DNA of 63,518 nt, the filler included, from Octopus bimaculoides (lineage: Eukaryota): assembly GCF_001194135.2 (NCBI RefSeq). It is 7 parts of 7 records of this genome, joined end to end, with 100 filler letters (N's around TTAATTAATTAA, not from the genome) between each part and the next. Parts side by side here need not be neighbours in the genome. Positions count along the whole stretch, not along the records: positions 1 to 6,766 come from NW_026296131.1; positions 6,867 to 12,558 come from NC_068994.1; 5 more parts are not named here. The stretch is one strand, 5' to 3'. The translations under genes were made by a program, and so were the position numbers. Under the pieces are notes generated by a model. The model was not told the DNA's origin. It worked only from the letters and a program-made list of their open reading frames with translations, and searched no databases. The stretch's first letter is position 1, and each line of letters opens with the position of its first letter. This document shows, piece after piece, positions 1 to 11,830 of the stretch.

Positions 1-850
1 TTTTGCAAGATTCCTGATCTGAAATCGTGTGTTGAAACAGATATTGTTATATTTCGGGTTAGCCATTTTCTTTCTCTTGACCTATATGAGGTCTTCTCAT
101 ATAGACGCATAGTGCATAAAAACAGATATACACCGTTTGAAGACGAGAATCGTCTGATGTGGGAGCCGATCACGTGATTTCAGTGGACTGCTCTTTTTCA
201 GTGGTAGGCGTCCAATGACTGCATACCAGGCAAATGACGCTGCCACGATATATAGAATCATCAAGTCCGCTATTAGGATATTGAACTTGGCGTTGTCTGC
301 AATAGGTGCGTTCTTGTGAACCAGGTATTTGGGGGGGGGGGGAGTTCATGATTTTGGCATAGTGGGAATGAAGGATCTGGACCTTATTATTTTTAGTTTT
401 CAGCCAGAGTTCCGTGTTTAAGATTGGTAGCCTATAATTAGGGTGCTTGCTAGGGTAGTCTACTGTTACTTTAATACTTTGGTGGAAGGAATTAGCTATT
501 TGGTGGATGTTCTCCATAATGCTAGCTTCGGTTTCATTGACTCTGTCTTGTGGCGGGGTGTGTGTGCTTTGGCCATTAAGCTGATATTATCCACATAACG
601 AGAGTACATGGTTAGGGTCATGGAGTTCTCTTTGAGTCTCCTATCCCACCATACCATAAACAGGTTAGCCAAAATCACCAACGATGCTGACACCGATGGC
701 TGAACCTTCTTCTTGGGTGTATACCCTGTTATTAAACTTGAATATGTGGCCCTTAGGTGTGACATTGGTACTTGCACCCACCGCACGTGCGACCATCTTT
801 CTAACCTGATCGTAGTTTTCGGGACTCCATATGGCTCACACGTTTCATCT
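1..850 (-). mobile_element. Penelope-like element, degenerate RT and thumb fragment (lineage 1)
   Basis: Across a frameshift the minus strand reads HIFKFNNRVYTQEEGSAIGVSIVGD / LANLFMVWWDRRL...YSRYVDNI (PLE RT QxxGxAIG and YVDD-like motifs). It continues IHQIANSFHQSIKVTVDYPSKHPNYRLPILNTELW...ILHSHYAK (thumb; ORFs 496..786 and 170..517). Stops and frameshifts; probably continues past the window start. Confidence 0.8.
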
Positions 851-884
851 CTTTTTAGGTGTCTTCTTGACCATTCATGTCATA

Positions 885-1105
885 GTGGGTATATGTTTGT
901 GTGCCTGTGATTTTCTCCCACTATCGCTTGACAACCGATGTTGGTGTGTTTACGTAACCGTTATCTAGCGGTTCGGCAAAACAAACCGATAGAATAAGTA
1001 TTAGGCTTACAAAGAATGTCTTCTGGGGTCGGTTTGTTCGACTAAAGGCAGTACTCCAGCATGGCAGCAGTCAAATGACAGAAAGAAATAAAAGAAGAAA
1101 AGAAA
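885..1105 (+). mobile_element. SINE family A, 3' half
   Basis: CGCTTGACAACCGATGTTGGTGTGTTTACG...GATAGAATAAGTATTAGGCTTACAAAGAAT...CAGCATGGCAGCAGTCAAATGAC matches the 3' halves of the full copies at 10269 and 28262. Confidence 0.85.
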
Positions 1106-1114
1106 AAAGGAATT

Positions 1115-1494
1115 TATACGAACACACAAATTTGCTGGTGAATACGAGTATGTACACGTATATACAGTGTATATGTAAATACACTCATCAACACATTCAT
1201 GAATACATATCCACATATGTCTGCATACATATGCATGAATTTAAGCAACACACGCACGCACATATTTTTATAAAAATACATACATACGTGCGTGTATTTG
1301 TATATGCAAATGCACACATGCATACATGCATACATACATACATACACACATACGTACGTACGTACGTACGTACATACATACATACATACATACATACATA
1401 CATGTATGTGTGTACATCCGTACAGACTGTCTGTCTATATACATACATACATACATACATACAGACAGACAGACATTTACACAGCTAGCTAGCT

Positions 1495-1540
<46 letters not shown>

Positions 1541-1545
1541 CATGA
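1115..1545. repeat. Compound microsatellite field (CATA/CGTA/CAGA/GATA)
   Basis: Visible (CATA)n, (CGTA)n and (GATA)n tracts; source of the spurious YIHT/MYVC ORFs. Confidence 0.9.
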
Positions 1546-2216
1546 CAGCAGCGGAAAAGATCCCAGATAACTCCTGTTGCGTCAAGAATGACTGTATAGA
1601 TTACCAGAGAAGGTCGTATGCTAATGTGTGAGTGTGCGAGCGTGTGTGTGTGTGTGTGTGTGCGTGCGTGCGTGGGTGTGCGTGCGTATGTGTATATGTG
1701 TGTGTAGGCGTGTTGTGTGTGTGTGTGCGCGCGCGCGCGTGCATGTTTTCCCCACAAAGTGTAAAATGAATACAACTATTAGTACACAAGACTTTGATGA
1801 CGTCACTACTATTGCACAGAGGTGGCAGTCAGCAGATTTAATGCGCGTGCGCGCGTGTGTCTCTATGTGTGTGTTTCGTGAATGCGTGTTTTTGAGAGTG
1901 CATGTGTATGTGTACCTCTGTTATTATATGTGCGTGTGTATATGTCTTCGAATAATTACTGCTGTCTGTCACAATTTATATATAAAGTATATAACATTTG
2001 CATATGTCTGTATACATGCATATAGTCATAGATATGTACGTGCGCGAGCGCGTGCGTGTGTGTGCATATATATAAGACTTTTGTTAAAGTTTATCTGCCA
2101 TAAATTAGTTATACATCTACAATACACAAAACAGTTAAACAATTTTTTAATACAATTCCTAATAATATTTAATAATAGAAATATAGGATTTTTAAACATC
2201 AAATAGCTAGGTGGTG

Positions 2217-2275
2217 GTAGTGTCGACTGTCCCCCTTCCCCAAAAATTTCAGACCTTTTGCCTATAATAGAAAGG

Positions 2276-2328
<53 letters not shown>

Positions 2329-2416
2329 GATTATGATTATTATTATTATTATTATGATTATGATTATTATTATTATTATTAAGAAAGTGGCGAACTGGCA
2401 GAGTCGTTAAGCACGG
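2217..2416 (+). mobile_element. SINE family B 3' tail, (TTA)n tract and head stub of a second copy
   Basis: AAATTTCAGACCTTTTGCCTATAATAGAAAGG, then (TTA)n at about 2277-2380, then GTGGCGAACTGGCAGAGTCGTTAAGCACG. Confidence 0.75.
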
Positions 2417-2852
2417 TGATAAACAAGAACAACACGGAGTTAATGGACTATATAGGAAAACACTACAAATACGAAATAAAAATGGCTGAGGAAGAATTTT
2501 TAAAATTCATCCCCAAAACACCTAGAGGGAGAGAGATAGAGAGAGAGTAAAATCAGTAGAGTAAAATCAGAATCAAAAATGTCCATGGGCAAAAAGATAG
2601 TTGAGATCAAGTGTTATAGTGTATTGTTCCGGTATTAGCGCGGTCAACAAAAATGTATTTCATCCAACGGGAAATAAATATCATTTAGTATAGTCAGAAT
2701 ATATATGCAAGCTACTATTAGTTTCATGTCTCCGAGAATACAAAGGTCGGACAAGCTTGTTTTAGCGTGTTGATTGCCTGATAATAAACACAAGCTGAAC
2801 ATATTCTACATAACATTATATTGTCAGCTCGCATTTAAATCGCTTCTGTGTG

Positions 2853-2892
<40 letters not shown>

Positions 2893-2904
2893 TATAAATT
2901 ATAT

Positions 2905-3213
2905 ATTTTTTTATGCGCCCTTTTAAAGCCTAACCAGGCTCATGGGCCCGGTTTCCCGGTTTCTATGGCGTATATGTTCTCCCCAGCTGGACGTGACGCC
3001 AGTCCATCGCAGCGTTACTCAAGAAACAGGAAGAAAGAGTGAGAGAAATTTGGGGCGAAAGAGTACAACAGGGGTCGCCACCACACTCTGCCGGAACCTC
3101 GTGGAGCTTTAGGTGTTTTTGCTCAATAAACACACACGACGCCCGGTCTGGGAATCGAAACCGCGATCCTCCGACCACGAGTCCGCTGCCCTAACCACTG
3201 GACCATTGCGCCT

Positions 3214-3215
<2 letters not shown>
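2905..3215 (-). mobile_element. tRNA-derived SINE family C, tail variant 1
   Basis: Minus strand begins GGAGGCGCAATGGTCCAGTGGTTAGGGCAGCGGACTCG...GGTTTCGATTCCC (Pol III A and B boxes). The first ~190 nt align to the copy at 40620. Confidence 0.85.
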
Positions 3216-3245
<30 letters not shown>

Positions 3246-3261
3246 NNNNNNNNNNNNNNNN

Positions 3262-3304
<43 letters not shown>

Positions 3305-3599
3305 GTATGTATGTATGGATGTATGCATGTATGTATGTATGTATGTATTGGGTTGTGGTATAATTCAACAAAGAGAGCACTCAATCTGGTGAGAGTCAAA
3401 TATTTCTATTTAAGTATCACAATACATATCTTCGGGCGCTACTAATAGTTTCACGTGTCTGAAAATTTATAAATTTATAAAGGATAAAAAATATTAAGGA
3501 TAAAAAATAAACCTAAAGAAATACTAAAATAAAGTGGGGAAAAAAACTGTAGAAGTAAGCAATCTAACTTCCTTAGTCTGTAAATAACAAGGTCAGTGG

Positions 3600-4660
3600 G
3601 ATGTCAAATCTATCAGGGATGGGTAGGATTGTCCAGTTCTTCAAAATATATTTTTGCATGTGTCTGCAACCACTGAAAATTTCAGACTTCGTGTTCAATA
3701 TTGAGTTGGGGATTTTTCATCTGAACAGTATTTGTGCTCTTTCAGCCAAGCAAAGCCTACATGTTTTTGTTCCATTCACATAAATTGTAGATTTTTCGAT
3801 TATTTTCAATTTAATCGTATATGGCGTTTTATTCTCTTTCAAAGCCCACAAGCGGCTGGCTAACTGTGTGAACTTGCTCTTGTCCTTATGTCAGAATGGT
3901 GCTATGTCGTTGACATAACTATTTTAAACTCCCCTTCACATAATCTATTATAGGTATTTTTTCCGTTGTATTATTATTTTTATTTTTATTTAAGGTGGTG
4001 ACTTCTGCCTCAAATACAATTGCCTTGGTCATGCACCGTTGTTCAAGTGGACAGGAACCTGGATCGCGACAGTTGCAACTGGCTTCAAGCTCTTTATATT
4101 GGCCACGTGTAATGAAACCCTTTATGTTGGGCTAGCAGCTATACGATAATTTCACTCATCGCCTGTTGAAATTTTTTTATATCTGTGGTTAACAATGTTA
4201 ACAATGTTTGTCTAGGAGAGTCAAAAATCTCCTACCAATGTTCGTTTTTACATTGAATGAAAAGGGAGGGGTAAACTAAATTATTTTCTCTAGCCTATTT
4301 TCTTATTTTTTTTGTTAAAATTTAGATTGATATTAGTATGTTTATGTACTACATTATCGTTGGTACTGCTATACCTATCCTTAATATCATGATTAGTGTT
4401 AGAGGGATTATATGTTAACTTATCTTTGAATCTGCTATCGGTTATGGCCTTATTATAGTAGGGGGCTGCCCTCTCAAAAATTTCTTTAGAAAAAGAGAGG
4501 TTAGACACTCTTCTACAAATGTTGGCTACTAGGCTTTTTAATATAGAGGAAGGGTAACAAGACTGCCTATTTATATACATAAGCTTCTCGTTCTGTTTAT
4601 AAAAAGGTTTATATGAGAAAGTGTTTAGATCTAGGGACACGTCTAACTAGTCAACTGAAG
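3600..4660 (-). mobile_element. Penelope-like element C-terminal half: RT thumb, linker and GIY-YIG endonuclease (lineage 2)
   Basis: ORF 4290..4640 reads LDLNTFSYKPFYKQNEKLMYINRQSCYPSSILKSL...RRVSNLS...AAPYYNKA. Manual translation continues (frameshifted) F-TPPFSFNVKTNIGRRFLTLLDKH, SCNCRDPGSCPLEQRCMTKAIVFEAEVTT, LCEGEFK and LASRLWALKEN...CRLCLAERAQIL...LNTKSEIFSGCRH, the typical PLE linker and GIY-YIG order. Confidence 0.88.
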
Positions 4661-4677
4661 AGAGGTTAGTAACTATA

Positions 4678-4710
<33 letters not shown>

Positions 4711-4737
4711 AGACACACACACACATACATACATACA

Positions 4738-4769
<32 letters not shown>

Positions 4770-5322
4770 CACAGTCACCACAGGAACTAAATATGGTGGT
4801 CGCCGTATTTCATTTCATAACTGCCATCTTTGATGAGCGCGCGCAGGCTTACATAATCGTGCTGTTATCTAAAAACTCCGTTGAACCCCTAGTGCAAAAC
4901 CGATTGGGAAGATCGGCTGAAATAGATATATAATACTGTACACTTCGATAGATATATATGCATGCGTGTGCGGGTGGGGCGCAGGTGTATGTGTGTGTGT
5001 GTGTGCGTACACGCGCGCGCGTGCGTGCATGTGTATGTGTGTACAGAGAGAGAGAGAGAGAGAGAGAGAGTGAGAGAGAGAGAAAGAGAGAGAGAGAGAG
5101 AAAGAAAGAGAGAGAGAGATAGAGAGAGAGAGGAGGAGGGAGAGAAAGAGAGAGTCATAATAATAAAATAAAAAGAAATATTAAGTCAAATTTACCACAC
5201 TCCATTGAACAGCTACTCGAAAAGTGTGAGGATTTTCAGAAAATTAGTAAATAAAACTTTATTAGAAAAGCCTTTCAAGGGATACCCTCTTCAAAAGAAC
5301 ACAGATCATCGGCCACTCGAAG

Positions 5323-5412
<90 letters not shown>

Positions 5413-5734
5413 TATGCACATATATATGTATATGTGTGTATATATATGTTTATGTATACACACACCTATTAGAGACGCATTAAGCAGCGTTGAATGAAAT
5501 ATGGTTACGCGTAGTCATATTTAATATGTTCATGTGCATTCGAACATGAAAAGACAATACACTGCACAAAAATTTGTTCTTGTAGACAACAATATGAATG
5601 AAAACACACCACAAGGCCATGAATATATAACGTCTCCAGATATCATTCCTGTGTTTCTGCGTCTTTATGCTTCATCAGTGGCGTATACTGAACCGTCCTA
5701 CATGGCCCCTAAGATCATACGACAGCAATTTCGC

Positions 5735-5910
5735 GTGAAGGGTAATTCGATTACATAAAGCCCAGTGCTCGACTGGTACTTAGTTTATCGATCCAAAACA
5801 GAGGTAAGGCAAAGTCGACCTCGGCGGAATTTGAGCTCAGAACGTAAAGACGGACGAAATGCCGCTAAACATTTTGTCCGGCGTACTAACGTTTCCGCTA
5901 GGTTGCCACC
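5735..5910 (-). mobile_element. SINE family B copy
   Basis: Reverse complement of the family B head and body (...TTAGTACGCCGGACAAAATG...TTCTGAGCTCAAATTCCGCCGAGGTCGACTTTGCC). Confidence 0.8.
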
Positions 5911-5911
5911 C

Positions 5912-5912
<1 letters not shown>

Positions 5913-5965
<53 letters not shown>

Positions 5966-6250
5966 CCTTTCTATTATAGGCAAAAGGTCTGAAATTTGGG
6001 GGGAAGGGGGACAGTCGATTACATCGACCCCAGTGTTTAACTCATCGACCTTGAAAGCATAAAAGGCAAGGTCGACCTCAACGGAATTTGATCTCAAAAT
6101 GTAAAATTGTCAGAACTATTTGCACACTGGACAAAATAGCGGCATTTTGACTCCGAAAGGATGAAAGGCAAAGTCGACTTTGGCGGAATTTGAACTCAGA
6201 ACATAATAAAGCCAGAAGAAATGCCACTAAACATTTTGTCCGGCAATGAT
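5913..6250 (-). mobile_element. SINE family B composite copy with (TTA)n tail, head-to-tail with the previous copy
   Basis: (TAA)n at 5913-5964, then CCTTTCTATTATAGGC (reverse tail). Two AAGGCAAAGTCGAC...GGAATTTGA-type body segments. Confidence 0.75.
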
Positions 6251-6732
6251 AATAATGTCTATATGTATTTTCTTTATTCTGGCTTCGAAAATTTTCTATT
6301 TCATTGAAATAAAAAATGTTCACCATGTCATTCAGTACAACTTACCATTGTAGTTTAAACTGTTCTGGAAACCCGCCACTATAAACTTTCACCGCCTTCA
6401 CCAGCACCACCAATATTCTACTCTGTTTTATTCTTCTGTATTTTCTTAAAATGCCAGAATTTCTTGTCTCCTACCCATCACCAACACCACCACCTCGACA
6501 CACAAACATCGAAATTTGCCAATTTTTCCTATGTTATTTTGTGTGTTTCAGTTACATTGTGTTTAGAATTGATTCTTTGGTTGCTTTTAAGGCTGGAGTT
6601 AATACATAAAATTCTGAGCGAATAATTCTAGAAGTGAATATTCTAAAATTACCTTCTGGACCAATGCATTGAATTCTACATCCGTTAATGTTTGCAAGAC
6701 GTAAAATATTTCATATACTTTGTACATTACAA

Positions 6733-6766
<34 letters not shown>

Positions 6767-6810
6767 NNNNNNNNNNNNNNNNNNNNNNNNNNNNNNNNNN
6801 NNNNNNNNNN

Positions 6811-6822
6811 TTAATTAATTAA
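6811..6822. other. Artificial contig linker TTAATTAATTAA inside a 100-nt N44-12-N44 spacer (also 12603, 38377, 44598, 54024, 60117)
   Basis: The same 12-mer, with TAA in all six frames, is centred between 44-N runs six times. Confidence 0.95.
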
Positions 6823-6880
6823 NNNNNNNNNNNNNNNNNNNNNNNNNNNNNNNNNNNNNNNNNNNNAATTTTCTCTATAT

Positions 6881-7291
6881 ATCTGGGGGTGACACTCCTG
6901 GTAGGTCTTCCAGATCACTCATCATCTTCCAGGGATGTTCTTCTGCTTTTGAAGTGACTGTGACACTCAAAACACTGTGTACAACCCATTGCCTTGTTGC
7001 CACAAGCTTGCCAAAACATGCTCAGTGTTTCTGTAGCAGACTTCCCAAGTTTAACACAAAATTTCATGTTGGCTCTTTGTTCCAACTTCCTGCCCATGAC
7101 AAAATTGAAGACTACAGCATTCACATGATCACAAAAACACAAATTTCACAACTTGCAAAATAAACAGCAATATTACTCAGCACACTGCCTCATGAAGGTC
7201 ACTGCTAGCTCTCACTGTGCATGCAATGGTGTACTGCCATCTGTTGGCATACTACAGAACTAGTCCAGGAATTTCATGATACCATGTTGTA
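6881..7291 (-). mobile_element. mariner transposon 5' end: TIR and transposase N-terminus, truncated by a gap
   Basis: ORF 6915..7142 EQRANMKFCVKLGKSATETLSM...MGCTQCFECHSHFKSRRTSLEDDE*SGRP is the mariner N-terminal HTH. The minus end TA-CAACATGGTATCATGAAATTCCTGGACTAG is TIR-like with TA. Confidence 0.88.
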
Positions 7292-7982
7292 TATGTTTCA
7301 CTGATATTAAACACCCTGTTTATAAACTGAACGTTATATACTGACGTCATGTGGTATGCTTATAAAGAGTGCATGACACAGAAATAATGTAAAGTGCATG
7401 GCGGTCTCATGGATAATCACGTATAAATACGTGTTAATTCTGATACACTAACATATTTACATCAGAGCACTCATGCACATAAACATATGCCAGTACACAT
7501 ACGCATACACAAACAAGCAGAGACATTAATTAAGGGAGGCGATATTATCTATTGAAATGATGACCATCAAGTAACTTTGAGCTTAGTTTGACAGACTCAG
7601 TAAAGTCAGCTACTGCATCAGGTAGATGACGTTTATGACCGGACTGGACGATGGAATTCAACTGGGAATTCTTATAACAGTTGAATGCATTGTATGTGAA
7701 ATACTAGAAGTTTACAACAAAAAATGAGGAAACAACAGAACAGCTATCTCATTAGAAGACATTCTGTGGAATAGAAGGATATAAATGTATATAAATAGAT
7801 AGGTAGTAGATAAGTAGATAGTTTGTTAAGTAGGCAGGCACATAGATATATTGTCAAATGACAAATAGATAAATATGTACATAAATATGTGTTAATGTAT
7901 TATGACGACAGCCATATACATAATCACACATACATGTGTGTATTATACACATATACACATGCAAGCACACATATGCACTCTC

Positions 7983-8110
7983 ATCTTGCTTGGAAACAGG
8001 TGTTAATTGGTGACATGAAGACCATCTGGCTATAGAAATTCTGATTCAGCAAATTTCGTCTGACCCATGAAAGCAAGGAAAAGTAAACATTAAATGATAA
8101 TGATAATTAT
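7983..8110 (+). mobile_element. Degenerate retroposon 3' tail ending in (ATG/ATA)n
   Basis: CTTGCTTGGAAACAGGTG...TTCGTCTGACCCATGAAAGCAAGGAAAAGTAAACATTAAATGATAATGAT. Recognised from memory as a common retroposon tail; a possible related inverted copy lies at about 8200-8360. Confidence 0.4.
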
Positions 8111-8584
8111 GACACGCACACACACATACTTATTTCTCTCTCTCTCTCTCTCTCCCCGTCTATCTATCCATCTAGTATCCTCCTCCTCCTTACCATCACC
8201 GCCATCATCATCCTCATCATTGTCTTCATCATCATAATTTCACCACCCTTTTTGTGCTGGTTTGGGTTCAACAGCTTGATTTGTCTGTTTTAGCATGGTT
8301 TCTTTGACAGGACACCCTTCGTAGTGTCAGCAACTTTATAGGGTGTACTGCAGCCTCTTTCCATGTATCTGCACTAGTGAAGTTGCCTTGTAACTCACTG
8401 AAAGGGTGGATCATACAGAGACGAAGTTGGTTTTATAATAGGTGTTGATTGGAGTGAAGCATGATAGGAAAAACAGGAACAGATTTCTAAACCTCTGAAT
8501 GGAGAACATGCAACAACAGTACTCTAGAGTAAAGTTTATTTGCCAACGTAAAGTGGCAGTCCTGATTAGGACGGATGTTACTAA

Positions 8585-8620
<36 letters not shown>

Positions 8621-8626
8621 ATAGAT

Positions 8627-9874
8627 ACATTTCTTTTATTAGCCACACAGGGCTCAACGAAGATGGGACAAATACAATGTAGAGCTTTTCTTTTTGGGAG
8701 GGGGAAGGAAGGAAAGNNNNNNNNNNNNNNNNNNNNNNNNNNNNNNNNNNNNNNNNNNNNNNNNNNNNNNNNNNNNNNNNNNNNNNNNNNNNNNNNNNNN
8801 NNNNNNNNNNNNNNNNNNNNNNNNNNNNNNNNNNNNNNNNNNNNNNNNNNNNNNNNNNNNNNNNNNNNNNNNNNNNNNNNNNNNNNNNNNNNNNNNNNNN
8901 NNNNNNNNNNNNNNNNNNNNNNNNNNNNNNNNNNNNNNNNNNNNNNNNNNNNNNNNNNNNNNNNNNNNNNNNNNNNNNNNNNNNNNNNNNNNNNNNNNNN
9001 NNNNNNNNNNNNNNNNNNNNNNNNNNNNNNNNNNNNNNNNNNNNNNNNNNNNNNNNNNNNNNNNNNNNNNNNNNNNNNNNNNNNNNNNNNNNNNNNNNNN
9101 NNNNNNNNNNNNNNNNNNNNNNNNNNNNNNNNNNNNNNNNNNNNNNNNNNNNNNNNNNNNNNNNNNNNNNNNNNNNNNNNNNNNNNNNNNNNNNNNNNNN
9201 NNNNNNNNNNNNNNNNNNNNNNNNNNNNNNNNNNNNNNNNNNNNNNNNNNNNNNNNNNNNNNNNNNNNNNNNNNNNNNNNNNNNNNNNNNNNNNNNNNNN
9301 NNNNNNNNNNNNNNNNNNNNNNNNNNNNNNNNNNNNNNNNNNNNNNNNNNNNNNNNNNNNNNNNNNNNNNNNNNNNNNNNNNNNNNNNNNNNNNNNNNNN
9401 NNNNNNNNNNNNNNNNNNNNNNNNNNNNNNNNNNNNNNNNNNNNNNNNNNNNNNNNNNNNNNNNNNNNNNNNNNNNNNNNNNNNNNNNNNNNNNNNNNNN
9501 NNNNNNNNNNNNNNNNNNNNNNNNNNNNNNNNNNNNNNNNNNNNNNNNNNNNNNNNNNNNNNNNNNNNNNNNNNNNNNNNNNNNNNNNNNNNNNNNNNNN
9601 NNNNNNNNNNNNNTCCTCGTCGACGCCCAGGTTCGCCCCGAGATCGTCGTCGTACCTTCCCTCCACTAATCCACTATAGAATGCGTTAGTTGTGATGCAG
9701 TCGCTCAAGGTTGACCCGGGTTGTTGGAGTTGCCGAAGAGCAGCGCGACACTCGCGGTGCCATTCGCCCTTCCTCGGCCTCTTCTTGATCCATGACTGCA
9801 GTTCGGTCATGGAGACGAGCTGCGGGAAAGCGCGCCGCACAAACGGCGACCACACCTGTTCACCGCTGTCTACG
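8627..9874 (-). mobile_element. 5'-truncated non-LTR retrotransposon, probably Tx1/L1-like ORF2 C-terminal part, interrupted by an 897-N gap
   Basis: GC- and CpG-rich open frame GEQVWSPFVRRAFPQLVSMTELQSWIKKRPRKGEWHRECRAALRQLQQPG...NLGVDE. The minus-strand 3' end has AATAAA (8635-8640) running into (TATC)n, and GATA-type repeats flank both ends. Clade call is from memory. Confidence 0.55.
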
Positions 9875-10268
9875 TAGATAGACAGACAAGTAGATAGATT
9901 GATAGATCGATTATATACAATAAACATGTACAAGCATTAATAGATAGATAATTCTAGAAAGAAATCAATACATTTATTACTGTATAGTACATAGTTTACT
10001 TCATAATCAGTTATAAAATCATTGTGATAATTAATAGCATTATATGGACTTTTATAGGTATGCAGAGTTTCACTTAGCAGTCAAGAAAAGTTCAGAACAA
10101 TTTGCATTGATAATATCATATATGAGCACAGGCTCACAAATATTTTTAGGGTGAGTTAGCAATTAAATGGATCCAGTATGTGACTGATATTTTATTTAAA
10201 GCGAACCTGGGAAGCATAAAAGGTATAAGGTTGATCTTATTGGGATTTAAACTTAGAGCAAAATCATA

Positions 10269-10423
10269 GGCGCAGACATGGCTATGTGGTAAGGAACTTG
10301 TTACTTCTGAACCACATGGTTCTGTGTTCAGTGCCACTGCATGGCACCTTCGGTAAGTGTCTTCTACTATAGGCTCGGACTTGTAAGTGGATTTGGCAGA
10401 TGGAAATTGAAAAAAAAGTCTGT

Positions 10424-10519
<96 letters not shown>

Positions 10520-10697
10520 TGACAACTGATGTTGGTGTGTCTATGTTCCCATAACATAGCGGTTCAGCAAAAGAGACTGATAGAATAAGTACTAGGCTTA
10601 CAAAGAATAAGTCCTGAGGTCAATTTGTTTGACTAAAACCCTTTAATGTGGTGCTCCAGCATGGCTGCAGTCAAATGTCTGAAACAAGTAAAAGAGT
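10269..10697 (+). mobile_element. SINE family A, full length, internal (TG)n
   Basis: tRNA-like head GGCTATGTGGTAAG...GGTTCTGTGTTCAGTGCCAC, (TG)n at about 10425-10512, conserved 3' half ending AGTCAAATGTCTGAAACAAGTAAAAGAG. Confidence 0.85.
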
Positions 10698-11408
10698 CTT
10701 AGTTTTCCACAGACAGGAATCCAATCAGAAAGTCTTATGTTGGTTGTCTCCAATAGCATCTCTGATATGGTGGAAGAGCTTGAAGACTGCTTTCATGATC
10801 CAACCAGGAATAGTGAGTGGAGAAGATGGACGTGTGACATACATCTGTGTATGAGCAAATGTCTTCCACCATAACTTTGATCAAAGTTTTATAGATGGAA
10901 ACTGTGAAGCAGATTAAATTAGTTACCATTTTTACACAACTGCCTTGTCCATTTGGGCCACTAGCAGAGTTGATTCCATTGCAAGCCTTCAAGCCATATC
11001 ATGGTCTGGTGATTATTTCTTCTCTTCCTCCTACCAATTTAAGGGATGTTAGAAAGGATCATGGGTACTGCTTTTCCTACTCTTATAAGATCATATAGGG
11101 CCTCATTTACCCAAAGTCAATCATGTTGCTATACACTATGCTCAGGCCAAGGCAAGATTTTTTAGAAAGATTGGCGGCTTTTGAAATTAAACAAATGAAA
11201 GGCTGCTGACTTGGACTGATACAGTTTGGCACCGGGGTTATCACAGGTGCTGTTGTCAGAATGCAAATAATTGGAAGAGATATTACAAGACATCTTCCTT
11301 AGCCTTCTAAGAGTTATGCCAACCCAGTACTCTGGATTGGTTTGGCTTTATCACCAAAAGGTGACCCTAGTGGAATTTGAACTCATAGTGCAGAAGCTTG
11401 GAACAAAT

Positions 11409-11830
11409 AATGGTTTCAAATTTTGGCACAAGGCCAGCAATTTTGGTGGAGTTCTCAACAGGTACTTATTTTATCAACCCTGAAATGATGACAGGCAGTG
11501 TCAGTCTCAGCAGAATTTGAACTCAAAACATGAAGACAGACGAAATGCTGCAAAGCAATTTCCCCAGCTATGTAACGATTCTGCCAGTTCGCTACTATTA
11601 CTTTGAACAAATAATCCTTCCTACCAAAGGCACAAGGCCTGAAATTTTGAGAGAGGGGACTTGTCAATCACATCGACCCCAGTGTTTCACTGGTACTTAA
11701 TTTATCAACCCTGAAAGGACAAAAGGCACAGTCGGCCTCAGCAAAATTTGAACCGAGAATGCAAAGATGGACAAACTGCCATTAAGCATTTTCCCCCAGC
11801 ATGGTAATAATTCTGCCAGTTCACCACCTT
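11409..11830 (-). mobile_element. Two tandem SINE family B copies
   Basis: Two successive units GGCACAAGGCC...GGTACTTATTTTATCAACCCTGAAA...GAATTTGAAC...GATTCTGCCAGTTC. Confidence 0.75.

Noticed and set aside
1541-1612. Peptide MTAAEKIPDNSCCVKNDC, reminiscent of a tetraspanin PxSCC loop
   Set aside because: It starts inside a GATA tract with no acceptor site and a poor donor, and no other tetraspanin exons are seen.
5653-5678. Minus-strand CTGATGA-A-GC...GC-A-GAAAC motif
   Set aside because: Stem II is only 2 bp and no stem III/NUH site or stem I can be drawn. It could be a very decayed relative but is unsupported.
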